From positions 3,616,001 to 3,680,000 of the forward strand of contig CBDCWI010000002.1 in the NCBI GenBank assembly GCA_965223325.1: a DNA stretch of 64,000 nt, written 5' to 3'. The notes beneath the pieces are model-generated. The model had not been told where the DNA came from. It worked only from the letters and a program-made list of their open reading frames with translations, and ran no database searches. The DNA comes from Candidatus Multivoradales bacterium (GTDB lineage: Bacteria > Acidobacteriota > Thermoanaerobaculia > Multivoradales > Multivoraceae). Of this stretch, positions 11,336 to 20,729 are shown piece by piece (position 1 is the first letter of the stretch; the number at the start of each line of letters is the position of its first letter). The translations under genes were made by a program, and so were the position numbers.

Positions 11336-12097
11336 TTGATGAGTTGCGGTGGGTGCCAACACCGAGGCCAGTCGACCGAGGTCGAAGACACTTTCGTTGG
11401 GGTGCGCTTTCGCGAAGAGACCAACCTGACCCTCTGTGCGACCGCTGGGCGACTGTACGCGAAGGGCGCGTCGGTAGTGGTCGATCTCGAGAAGGGACCG
11501 GCCGTCGGAGTGGTTGAGAAATCACCCATGCCGGTGTTCAAGCCGTGCCAGAAATCGAGCGCCAGGAAGGTCGAGCGCCAGGCTCAGGACGCTGATCTCA
11601 AGAAGCACCAACGTCAGCGTCAGAACGAGGTACGAGCGAAGCGTTTTTGTCGCGAGCGAGCACGGGCGCTCGGGCTCCAGATGAAGATAGCGCGGGTCGA
11701 CTTCAGCCTCAACAGCCGGCACGCGTGGTTCTACTTCACAGCCGATGGCCGCGTTGACTTTCGCCAGTTGGTTCGCGACCTGGGAAAGCGGTTCTCGACG
11801 CGCGTGCGCATGGTTCAGGTCGGGGCGCGCGACGAAGCGAAACTGCTAGGAGGAATCGGTGTCTGCGGCCGCACACTCTGCTGCTCGACCTGGTTGGACG
11901 ACTTCGAACCGATTTCCATCCAGATGGCCAAGCGCCAGGGCTTGAGCCTCAATCCATCGAAGATCTCGGGCCAGTGTGGACGCCTTCTCTGTTGTCTGTC
12001 GTACGAAGACGAGGGCTACAAGGCGAGACCCTCGGAGCGAGATGGATCACCAGCCCGGAACACCCCGAAAGCGAGCGGTCTGCCGGTCGTCAACTGA
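11336..12097 (+). CDS. PSP1-domain protein (RicT/YaaT-like, Cys-rich)
   Basis: FYFTADGRVDFRQLVRDL, GGIGVCGRTLCC, NPSKISGQCGRLLCCLSYE. Confidence 0.9.
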   Translation: MMSCGGCQHRGQSTEVEDTFVGVRFREETNLTLCATAGRLYAKGASVVVDLEKGPAVGVVEKSPMPVFKPCQKSSARKVERQAQDADLKKHQRQRQNEVRAKRFCRERARALGLQMKIARVDFSLNSRHAWFYFTADGRVDFRQLVRDLGKRFSTRVRMVQVGARDEAKLLGGIGVCGRTLCCSTWLDDFEPISIQMAKRQGLSLNPSKISGQCGRLLCCLSYEDEGYKARPSERDGSPARNTPKASGLPVVN

Positions 12098-12232
12098 GGC
12101 TTGGCGGCCCACGCGTGGCAACCGATTCATGCAAGACTCGGGATGCAGACCAAAGAGCCGCCGGTCACACTCGAGGATGAGGGTGTGCCCGTGTCATTCC
12201 TTCCTTATCCCATCGAAGAGTGAAACCCCGCC

Positions 12233-12574
12233 ATGGCCAACCGCAAGCTCATTCGCCCCGAGGGCGACCCTAAAGGCACTACCGCCAGCCGCGTCGTGCG
12301 CCGCAAGAACAACCCGCCCGACCAGACCAACGCCGAGGAGTACTACTACGTCAAGCAGATGGCGGCCAAGACGTCGATGGTCGTCAAGCTGGTCAACGAC
12401 GAGGAGCTGGTCGGGGTCATCGAGTGGTACGACAAGGGGGCTCTCAAGCTCAATCGCCACGACGGACCCAACCTCCTGGTTCTCAAGCACAACATTCGCT
12501 ACATGTTCAAGGAAGAAGAGCTGCGTCGCGGGAAGCGGCGCGCGAAGCGTGCCGAGACGCCCGAAGAAGAGTGA
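12233..12574 (+). CDS. Hfq-like (Sm-fold) RNA chaperone
   Basis: VKLVNDEELVGVIEWYDK (Sm1-like) and LLVLKHNIRY (Sm2-like); basic N- and C-terminal tails. Confidence 0.72.
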   Translation: MANRKLIRPEGDPKGTTASRVVRRKNNPPDQTNAEEYYYVKQMAAKTSMVVKLVNDEELVGVIEWYDKGALKLNRHDGPNLLVLKHNIRYMFKEEELRRGKRRAKRAETPEEE

Positions 12575-13608
12575 ACCAGGAGCCGGTCCTCGCCTTCTCA
12601 CAGGGTGACCCCGCGGGTGTTGGCCCCGAGCTTCTCCTGCGGTTGGCCGCGCGCTGGCTCAAACAAGTGGAGAACGGGGACTGCCCGCCCTATCGACTGC
12701 TGCTGGTCGCGGAACGCTGTGCGCTCGAAGCGCACGGCAAGACGTTGGAACCAGCTGTGGTCGAGTCCGTCCTGTCGAGACTTGCCTACTGCCGTTCCCT
12801 CGGGGAGTGCGAGAGCGCTGATCGCGAACGGCGGATTCCGGTCCTCGTTCCGCAGTCTGACGCCTTGGACGCAGCGCGCACCGTTCTCCCGGGTCAACCG
12901 ACTCCTCAGGATGCACGGGCGGCCCTCCTGGTTCTGGAACGAACCGTGAAAGCGCTAGAGGCCGGATCTGCGCAGGCAATGATCACTCTGCCGGTCAACA
13001 AGGCCGAGATTGCAAGCCATGTCGATCAGAGCTTCCGCGGCCACACGGACTGGCTGGCGAAGCGAGCGGGGCTCGAAGAGTACGGTCGCGACTACTTGAT
13101 GGCCTTTCTGCTCGCGGATCTTCGGGTCGCTCTCCTATCGACCCATGTCTCGCTTCGAGAGGCGCTGGCGCGCATCGATGAAGGGGCGATCGTCAGCGCG
13201 CTCCTCCTCATGGCACGCCATGTCGATGGCCCGATCGCCGTCGCCGGTTTGAATCCCCATGCTGGCGAAGGCGGCCTGATGGGCCGAGAGGAAGCCGAGG
13301 TTCTAACGCCTGCCATTGCGCGCGCGCGTACCGCAGGCGTTCCCGTCGTCGGGCCCGAAAGCCCCGACACCGTCTTTCTTCGCGCGCGCTGCGGCGAGTT
13401 CGCCTGGGTGCTGGCGCTCTACCACGATCAGGGCCTGATTGCGGTCAAGACCCTAGGCTTTGGGGAGGGTACAAACTGGTCGATGGGTCTGCCCTGGGTG
13501 CGAACCTCGGTCGACCACGGCACGGCCTACGGCATTGCCGGTCACGGCAAGGCCGATGCGACCTCGCTCGAGACCGCCGTCGAGACAACCCTGCAGCTAC
13601 TTCGCTGA
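12571..13608 (+). CDS. pdxA: 4-hydroxythreonine-4-phosphate dehydrogenase
   Basis: GDPAGVGPE, GLNPHAGEGG, YHDQGLI, RTSVDHGTA; GTG start overlaps the upstream stop (GTGA). Confidence 0.93.
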   Translation: MNQEPVLAFSQGDPAGVGPELLLRLAARWLKQVENGDCPPYRLLLVAERCALEAHGKTLEPAVVESVLSRLAYCRSLGECESADRERRIPVLVPQSDALDAARTVLPGQPTPQDARAALLVLERTVKALEAGSAQAMITLPVNKAEIASHVDQSFRGHTDWLAKRAGLEEYGRDYLMAFLLADLRVALLSTHVSLREALARIDEGAIVSALLLMARHVDGPIAVAGLNPHAGEGGLMGREEAEVLTPAIARARTAGVPVVGPESPDTVFLRARCGEFAWVLALYHDQGLIAVKTLGFGEGTNWSMGLPWVRTSVDHGTAYGIAGHGKADATSLETAVETTLQLLR

Positions 13609-13622
13609 TCGCGCCGAGAGTG

Positions 13623-14717
13623 TCACTCGAGTGCTGAACCGTCGCGTCGCCAGTCGACGATGACGTCACCGGCTTTCCACTCGCCGTTCTCGCGACGCTC
13701 GGTGATCCACTCGAAGTGATCGCCGGAATCGTCGCTCAGCCGCCAGATCTCTCGAAACTCGCCCGACCCGTCGGCGAAGTGAGCCGTGTAGGTGCGGTGG
13801 AGTTCGCGACCGACGACCTCGTAGCGCCCGTCGTGAAAAATGTTCTGTGGGCTGCCGAACTCGGCCATCGCGATCGAGCCGTCGCTCGGCTGGTAGAGCC
13901 CCATCCCTTCGATCCGCAACGCTTCTTCACCCGGTGAGGGCGTATCGAGATCCCAGATCTGGACATGAACCACCTTGCACGCGACTCCCCAGTGCAACTC
14001 GAGCCTTTGACCCGTCAAGTCGGGATTGAAACGCTTGACCATCGGGTGGTCGTGATACTTCGGGTCGAGGCTCGACGACCAGCTGCCGATCCAGGGGCTC
14101 AGGCTATCGAGGGGTCCCGCCTCCGGGCAGTGGTCTGATGCCGCGGTCTTCCGGTCGACGCGCACGTGCCGGGTCTTGGTTTGGCGCTCGACTCCGGACG
14201 GCTGATACGAGGTGAAGTGCTCGCGTGTATAGGAGTCTTCCGACTCGATCCGGTAGACGGTCTTGCGCTTGACCGTGTCGTTGCGCCACGTGTGTTGCCC
14301 CTCGAGTACCAGGGTCTTATCGTCGACCCAGTTGCCACGGTCGACGAACAAGATGGCGGTTTGGTTGTCATACCAGAGCTGAACCACTTCGCCTGCTGTG
14401 GCGTCCCAGGTGAGCTGGTAGCGACCGTAATGCACGTCGATTCCCGGTAGGCCGCGAATGGTGGCCTCGCCCCGCAGCCACACGTTGCCCGGCTCCCAGG
14501 CGAAGGTGGTTCGCGAGCGAATGGTTCGCTCTTCTCCCATGATGTTCTGGGTGCTCATCGCTAGCCAGTCACCGAGGAGAAACTCGAGGCGTGCGTGAGC
14601 GGGACCGTGCTCCATGTTCACGAGCTGGCCGCTCGCGATACCGGGCCGAAGGGAGGTAGAGAAGAGGACTGCCGCTGCAAACAAGGGGTTGCGCAGACAG
14701 CGTTTCGAACGAGACAT
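13623..14717 (-). CDS. Secreted hypothetical protein with two tandem DUF1579-like beta-barrel domains
   Basis: Signal peptide; two segments starting LEFLLGDW and LSPWIGSW, both beta-rich. Confidence 0.65.
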   Translation of the reverse strand: MSRSKRCLRNPLFAAAVLFSTSLRPGIASGQLVNMEHGPAHARLEFLLGDWLAMSTQNIMGEERTIRSRTTFAWEPGNVWLRGEATIRGLPGIDVHYGRYQLTWDATAGEVVQLWYDNQTAILFVDRGNWVDDKTLVLEGQHTWRNDTVKRKTVYRIESEDSYTREHFTSYQPSGVERQTKTRHVRVDRKTAASDHCPEAGPLDSLSPWIGSWSSSLDPKYHDHPMVKRFNPDLTGQRLELHWGVACKVVHVQIWDLDTPSPGEEALRIEGMGLYQPSDGSIAMAEFGSPQNIFHDGRYEVVGRELHRTYTAHFADGSGEFREIWRLSDDSGDHFEWITERRENGEWKAGDVIVDWRRDGSALE

Positions 14718-14817
14718 AGGCGCTCTCCGAGGAGCGGGAGTTCCCGAGCAGTCTATTCGAGCCGGCGCACCGCCTGCACCGGGCGGTGGACATCGCCAGG
14801 GGTCTCGCTCCGCGGCA

Positions 14818-16287
14818 CTAGGAGGCGCCGCGACCCGAGAGTACGACCGGGATCGTCTTCAAGAGGATCTTGAAGTCGAGCGACGGCGACCAGGAGTCGA
14901 TGTACTCGAGGTCGAGCTCGATCCAACGATCGAAGTCGACTTCGTTGCGCCCCGAGATCTGCCACAAGCAGGTCAGCCCCGGCTTCATCGACAGGCGCCG
15001 GCGCTGCCAGCGGGCGTACGCTTCGACTTCTTCGGGAATCGGCGGTCGCGGCCCGACCAGGCTCATGTCCCCACGGAGGACGTTCCACAGCTGCGGGAGC
15101 TCGTCGAGCGAGAAACGCCTCAGTACCTTGCCCAGCGGGGTCACCCGTGGATCCTCGCGCACCTTGAACACCGGCCCGGTCATCTCGTTGAGGTGCGCGA
15201 TCTCGTCGCGAATGCGCTCGGCATCTTCGACCATGGTGCGGAACTTGTAGAGCGTGAAGCGCCGCCCGTTCAGGCCGCAGCGCGTTTGACGGTAGAGCAC
15301 CGTGCCGCCGGTGGTGATCTTGAGCGCTACCGCGACCAGGAAGATGATCGGTAGGCCGACGATCAACAACAACAACGAGAGGCCCACGTCCATCACCCGC
15401 TTGAGCAGGAAGAGCGGCAGACTGTCTGGGGTTGGAGAGATCGCCAGCATTGGCAGCCCGTCGAGCTCCTCGACCTGCATCTGGGCCGAGCCGTGCGGCA
15501 GGATGTCGAGGGCGAAGCGGGTCCTGATTCCCAGCTGATGTAGGCCGAGAAAGACGTCCTCGAGGCGGTCGAGGTCGCGCCGTGGAAGCGCGAAGAACAC
15601 GTCGTCGACGACCTGCTGGTCGACGATCCTCGGGATGTCGGCCACACCACCGAGCACCGGGTGCCCCAGCAGCGAGTCTTCCATCAGCGGGTCGGCCGCT
15701 TCCTCACCGTCACCGCGCACGAAGCCGACGATCTTGAAGCCCCAATGCGCGTGGTCTTCGAGCGACTGGGCCATGCGCAGGGCGGCGCGCTCGGTTCCGA
15801 CGATGAGCACCGTGCGGTAGTTGTAGCCCTGGTTGCGCACGTAGCGCGAAACGACGCGCAGGGTCAGCTTCTCAACAATCAGAAAGAGGGCCGCGAGTCC
15901 GACGAAGAGAAAGACCCAACTGCGGCTGATGCGATCCTCTCCCAGGAGAACGACATCGAGGCGGAGAGCGAAGATCGCCAGCGCGAAGAGCACCGCCGCG
16001 CCGGCGGCTGCCTGCAGCACACCGCGTGCTTCCTGGACCAGGGTAGACGTGCGGTGGGAACGGTAGCGACCGGTCCACACCAACATGATCCCCCACAGGG
16101 TCGCGGCCAGCGGCAGGAGCGGTAGGTACGAGGCGAATGGATAGAGCGGGCCCGAGAAGGAGTTGGGCATGAGCCCGGGAAGCAGGCTGTCGCGTAGCCA
16201 ATAGGCACCCAGGAAGGCCGCCGTCACGAGCAGGATGTCGAGGATGAAGACCCCCAACGCCAAGGCTCTCGCTTGCTGCTTCAGCAT
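14818..16287 (-). CDS. Polyprenyl glycosylphosphotransferase (WcaJ/WbaP-like priming sugar transferase)
   Basis: N-terminal TMs, Rossmann-like domain, KFRTM, DPRVT, SLDELPQLWNVLRGDMSLVGPRP, KPGLT. Confidence 0.93.
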   Translation of the reverse strand: MLKQQARALALGVFILDILLVTAAFLGAYWLRDSLLPGLMPNSFSGPLYPFASYLPLLPLAATLWGIMLVWTGRYRSHRTSTLVQEARGVLQAAAGAAVLFALAIFALRLDVVLLGEDRISRSWVFLFVGLAALFLIVEKLTLRVVSRYVRNQGYNYRTVLIVGTERAALRMAQSLEDHAHWGFKIVGFVRGDGEEAADPLMEDSLLGHPVLGGVADIPRIVDQQVVDDVFFALPRRDLDRLEDVFLGLHQLGIRTRFALDILPHGSAQMQVEELDGLPMLAISPTPDSLPLFLLKRVMDVGLSLLLLIVGLPIIFLVAVALKITTGGTVLYRQTRCGLNGRRFTLYKFRTMVEDAERIRDEIAHLNEMTGPVFKVREDPRVTPLGKVLRRFSLDELPQLWNVLRGDMSLVGPRPPIPEEVEAYARWQRRRLSMKPGLTCLWQISGRNEVDFDRWIELDLEYIDSWSPSLDFKILLKTIPVVLSGRGAS

Positions 16288-16515
16288 ATCAACGTCTCTC
16301 TATGCATACGCACGTCACAGGAGAGTGTACGAGGAAAAGCAGGCTCGCGTCTAGTTGCGGAAACTGTTGCATTCAGGAGACTTACGGGGGAGATCCCGGT
16401 CGGGGCGGGGGTCATTCAGGGTGCGCGACAGGGCTCTCGCATGAAGCGGCCCTGTGCGCTGCTGGAAAGGATTGCGGGCGATTGCCTATGGTTCTGCAGC
16501 TTGAGGCGTGGCCGG

Positions 16516-17700
16516 TCAGTGCGCGTCGAGGGCCTCGAAGAGCTCGAGGTATTGGCTGGTCACGCGGTCCCAATTGTAGAACTCGGCGGCCCGCGCTGCA
16601 GCGAGCTTTCCCATTCGATCGGCCTCGCTGGCGTCGTGCCGTAGTCGCTCGAGAATCACAGCCAGAGACTCGGGCCGCCCGACCTCGAACCACAGGCCTG
16701 CTGCGCCGGCAACCTCGCGGTTCTCTGGTGCGTCGTTGACGATCACGCAGTTGCCATAGCCCATCGCTTCGACCAGAGCGGGATGTGTTCCGCCTACCTC
16801 GGTGGCGTGGATGTAGGCGCGCGCGTTGGAGAGGAGCTCGCGATAGCCCTCGCCGTAGATGGGTCCGGGAAAGAGTACGCGCCGATCGGCCCGCGACTTC
16901 ATCTCCTCGATGAAGTGGTCGGCATAGGGCGCGCCGCCGACCATCACCAGAGGCAACGATCCCCGCACCAGACGATATGCCTCGACGACCCGGTGGGGAT
17001 TGTTCTCAGGTTCGAAACGACTGACGTAGAGGAAGTACCTCCGAGGCTCGAGACCGAGTGCTTCAAGGGTGCCGTCAGGTGGCGGCGGCAGGGGTCGAGG
17101 ATCGACGCCGTAGGCAATGACCGTCGAGGGTGCGCCGAATCGTTCGAGGTAGTGCTCCTCGATTACATCGGCGTCAGTGACCAGCCGGGTCGCGACCCAC
17201 GGTGCCAGACGCTCTGAGACGGAGTAGACCAGACGCCCGAAGGGTCCCCACTTGCTGCGTCGCTTCTCGATGCCATCGACATGCAATGCGGTTGGAATGC
17301 CGGCCAACCGCAAGAGCGGAACGAACATCGCATTGGCGCCGTTGACAACCAGCGCTGCATCGAAGCGGCGGCCTCCGTGCCGCCGCCGGAGTGCGGCGTG
17401 GAGCGTCGAAAGCAGGGTGTGGACTGGGGTATCGAGGTGCTTCGTTCGTACGGTGGGTAGCGTCGTCAGGTGAACGCCGCGATGCTCCTCGAGCTCGCGC
17501 GGGGTGTGGTGGGAACGGCAGTAGACCGTGACGTCCAGTCCGCGCTCGACCAGGCGCGTCGAGATCTCCTCCATGAACGTTTCGTAGCCGCCGTAGTTGG
17601 CGGGGATCCCCCGGCTGCCGATCAGAGCGACGCGCAGCGAGCGATCGGCCCTCGGCCTGGACGCCCCGTCATTGGACGTCGCGCTGATGATCTCAGACAT
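16516..17700 (-). CDS. GT4 glycosyltransferase (DUF1972-type)
   Basis: GSRGIPANYGGYETF, SRFEPENN, EVGGTHPALVEAMGYG. Confidence 0.9.
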   Translation of the reverse strand: MSEIISATSNDGASRPRADRSLRVALIGSRGIPANYGGYETFMEEISTRLVERGLDVTVYCRSHHTPRELEEHRGVHLTTLPTVRTKHLDTPVHTLLSTLHAALRRRHGGRRFDAALVVNGANAMFVPLLRLAGIPTALHVDGIEKRRSKWGPFGRLVYSVSERLAPWVATRLVTDADVIEEHYLERFGAPSTVIAYGVDPRPLPPPPDGTLEALGLEPRRYFLYVSRFEPENNPHRVVEAYRLVRGSLPLVMVGGAPYADHFIEEMKSRADRRVLFPGPIYGEGYRELLSNARAYIHATEVGGTHPALVEAMGYGNCVIVNDAPENREVAGAAGLWFEVGRPESLAVILERLRHDASEADRMGKLAAARAAEFYNWDRVTSQYLELFEALDAH

Positions 17701-17719
17701 CGGCGAGAGCCTACGGCAT

Positions 17720-18748
17720 TCACTCGCCAGCCGAAGGGACGTCGGCCTGCGAGCCGTCGCGCCAGAACCACCCTTCGATCTCGCTGGCCGGCACCGTTCT
17801 TCTGCCTTGGATCAGAGCCCGCCGCTCGCGAATGCGCTCTCGATTGCGCCACAGCCAGTGGTATGCCGGGAGCGACGAACGTTCGAAGAGCAGAACCCAG
17901 ACGAGCGCCATCAAGTCGCGCGCGGTCGCCGGGACGAGGGTGGTGAGCAGGTTGAGAGGCGTCTGGTGGTAGGCGCGCAGCAGGTAGCGGTTCTTGAGCG
18001 AATGGAGGTTGACCGTCGCCGGCATCGTGGCGCGCCGGCCGGGGGTGTTGAAGCGCCGGTGAATGCAAAGCGCTGTGGGCTCATAGAGGACACCCCAGTT
18101 CCGTTCTCGAAGCCTGAAACAGAGCTCGGCGTCTTCTCGGAAGGAGTGGAAGTCCTCGTCGAGGATGCGCCCTTCGATCGCCGTGTCGTCGAGCGCCTCG
18201 AGGCGAAAGAGCGACGCGGCTCCGGTGGCGCCGAAGACCCACTCGCGTTCTTCGAACTCGGCGAGATCAGGCCTGCCGGAACCTCGGTCGAGGTGGCGCC
18301 AGGTCGGGACCAGACGCATGCCACAGGCGTCGATCGTGCGAGTCTGCTCCGGCGCTTCGACCGGTCGCAAAAGGCGCCCGGTGAGCGCCCCGCAGCGTTC
18401 GTCGAGGTTGCCGAGTGCGATCAGCCGCCCGACGTAGTCGGCTTCGGGACGTGCGTCGGCATTGAGGCTCAGCGCCCAGCTAGCCTCCGGAGCTTGTTGT
18501 CGGGCCTTCTCGAGGCCGAGGTTGAACCCGCCGGCGAACCCCAGGTTGGTTTCCGACGCGACGACAGAGACGTTGGCCAGGCCAGCGCAGACTGTGTTCA
18601 GGGTCTGGATCGTCTGGTCAGAACTCGCACAGTCGACCACCACGATGGCTCGCGGGAACGGATCCAGGGTGGCGATCGCGTGTGCCCAGCCTTCGACTTC
18701 GTCGGTGTCGTTCCAGGTCACCGTGACGATGACGTAGTCGTCGTTCAT
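17720..18748 (-). CDS. GT2 glycosyltransferase
   Basis: VTVTWN, NLGFAGGFN, SLNAD, FREDAELC; ATG at 18748 overlaps the upstream stop. Confidence 0.88.
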   Translation of the reverse strand: MNDDYVIVTVTWNDTDEVEGWAHAIATLDPFPRAIVVVDCASSDQTIQTLNTVCAGLANVSVVASETNLGFAGGFNLGLEKARQQAPEASWALSLNADARPEADYVGRLIALGNLDERCGALTGRLLRPVEAPEQTRTIDACGMRLVPTWRHLDRGSGRPDLAEFEEREWVFGATGAASLFRLEALDDTAIEGRILDEDFHSFREDAELCFRLRERNWGVLYEPTALCIHRRFNTPGRRATMPATVNLHSLKNRYLLRAYHQTPLNLLTTLVPATARDLMALVWVLLFERSSLPAYHWLWRNRERIRERRALIQGRRTVPASEIEGWFWRDGSQADVPSAGE

Positions 18749-19716
18749 TGCGATGGCTTCGAAGTGGTGGAAGCGGTATCGCTCGGAAAGCCTGACGCCG
18801 CTTCCCGTGCAAGGCGTAAGAGACCGGTGAAAGCAGCTGCTCTCGTCCTGGCTCGGCTCGGTCGCTTGATGGGTACGAGGAGGGCGCGCAGCACAGCTGT
18901 GGTCATGAGAAGACAACGAGCGAGGGGAGCGCTACCGCGGTGGTGCTTGGCGAGGTAGCGCATCAGGTTGCGATAGTAGGTAACCAGGAACCGGCCGTAA
19001 CCGAGTCGCGGCACGGTACTGCCGAGACCGTGCTCGAAACGCGAGGCTGGCCAGTAGAGGATGCGCTGTCCCCTTTCGTGCAAGCGTCTGGCGACGTCGA
19101 CATCTTCGAACCACGCCGGCCAGAACCCCTCATCGAAGCCGCCGAGTTCATCGAGAGCCCTCTTCTCGAGCGCCAGCGCGGCGGCAGCAGGTTGTTCGAC
19201 CGGGGTGCCTTGGGCGGGCGGCAGCCGCGGTCCGCTCCCGGTGTCGAGAAACATTGCCTGGCCGAGGAGTTGGCCGAGCGTCGGTAGCGACCGGAGTTGC
19301 CACTCGCATTGGTCCTCTCCGTCGGGACCCACCAGCGCAGGTGCCAGGCCGACGACTTCCGCTTCGGCTTCGCTACGATCGATTCCCGCGAGCAATGCCT
19401 CGAGCGCTCCCGGAAGGGGATGGGCGTCGGGGTTCTGAATCAGCACCCAGGGAGACTCGGCTTCTTTAAGGGCGCGATTGACCCCACCGGCGAAGCCCAG
19501 GTTGCGCTGCGGCTCGAGCAGTCGCAGGCGTTGGCCCTCGGGACCTGGCGCAGCCGCGTCGATGAGCTGGCGCACGGTTTCGTCGTCGCCACCGTTGTGA
19601 ACGACCACCATCGCCAGGCGAGAGTCGTCGAAAGGCCAGACGCCGAGCAGCTGAGAGAGCGCTTCTTCGGTACGCCAATGCACCACGAGCGCCGTCAGGA
19701 CCGGCACGGTGCTCAC
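18745..19716 (-). CDS. GT2 glycosyltransferase
   Basis: NLGFAGGVN, QNPDA, GGFDEGFWPAWFEDVD. Confidence 0.88.
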   Translation of the reverse strand: MSTVPVLTALVVHWRTEEALSQLLGVWPFDDSRLAMVVVHNGGDDETVRQLIDAAAPGPEGQRLRLLEPQRNLGFAGGVNRALKEAESPWVLIQNPDAHPLPGALEALLAGIDRSEAEAEVVGLAPALVGPDGEDQCEWQLRSLPTLGQLLGQAMFLDTGSGPRLPPAQGTPVEQPAAAALALEKRALDELGGFDEGFWPAWFEDVDVARRLHERGQRILYWPASRFEHGLGSTVPRLGYGRFLVTYYRNLMRYLAKHHRGSAPLARCLLMTTAVLRALLVPIKRPSRARTRAAAFTGLLRLAREAASGFPSDTASTTSKPSQ

Positions 19717-20720
19717 CGTTCGAGGCCGGTTGAAAGCTCATGGAGCGGGATCCGAGGCCGGCCCAGGTGACACCAGACCGGCAGGCCGAGGAGCGCTTCG
19801 AAGAGGCCGAACTTGATGCCGATCACCTCCCGGAGGTGGAGGCCTGCGGTGGCGCGGACGAGGTCGATGAAGTCGCGCCCGGCGATCATCGGCAGGTGAA
19901 GCAGGAAGGAGGCGCCGAGGAGATCGGCAAGCACCAACCACCGATTGCGGGTCAAGAGGCGCGCGCGATGGGTGGTCATCGTGGCGCCGGTGGTCGAGCC
20001 GGCGTGCAGGGCGCGGGCAGCGGCGACGGTGACGCAACGTTGCCCGGTGGCGCGCAGGCGCCCGGCCAATTCGACATCTTCGTACCAGCTCTCGAGGTCC
20101 TCACGAAAGGGCGAGGCCCCGGGTGAACTGACGTGGTCGAGCGTTGCCGTGCGGTAGATCGCAGCCGTCGCCGAAACGCCGAAGACCGGAACGATTCCCG
20201 ACCGCAAGACAAGCGCGAGAGACTGCCCGTAGCCCAGCTGCAGCGCCTGCAGGCTCGGGCTCCAGGCGATTCCCGCACCGTCGACCAGCTGATCGGGGTC
20301 TCCGGCCGCCGCGCGCTCGGTGTCTTCCGGACGGCCGATGAGGTTGATGCCCTGTGCCGCCGCAACACCGAAGTCCTCTTCGAGCACCGAAAGAAGTTGC
20401 TCGGACCAGCCCGAGATGACGAAGGCGTCGTCGTTGATGAGCGCTGTGTATTGAGGAGCAAACTCACCGTCAGCCAGCGAGTCGATGCCCAGATTAGTGC
20501 CGCGAGCGAACCCCACATTGCGCTCGAGGTGGAGCACCGAGCAGCGCCTCCCGCCGATCTCTTGCGCGACCCGATCGGCCGCATGGTGTGCATCTTCTCC
20601 TTGCGCCACGATTCTGGCGTGAGCGCCTTCTCCCGCATCGTCGAGGAACGCGCCTACCGATGCCCCGAGCCAGGGGCTCTTGCCGAGGGTGGGGATGACG
20701 GCTGCGAGACGAATGCTCAT
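19713..20720 (-). CDS. GT2 glycosyltransferase
   Basis: AVIPT, NVGFARGTN, LINDDA, WYEDVEL. Confidence 0.85.
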   Translation of the reverse strand: MSIRLAAVIPTLGKSPWLGASVGAFLDDAGEGAHARIVAQGEDAHHAADRVAQEIGGRRCSVLHLERNVGFARGTNLGIDSLADGEFAPQYTALINDDAFVISGWSEQLLSVLEEDFGVAAAQGINLIGRPEDTERAAAGDPDQLVDGAGIAWSPSLQALQLGYGQSLALVLRSGIVPVFGVSATAAIYRTATLDHVSSPGASPFREDLESWYEDVELAGRLRATGQRCVTVAAARALHAGSTTGATMTTHRARLLTRNRWLVLADLLGASFLLHLPMIAGRDFIDLVRATAGLHLREVIGIKFGLFEALLGLPVWCHLGRPRIPLHELSTGLER

Positions 20721-20729
20721 TGGGCCACG

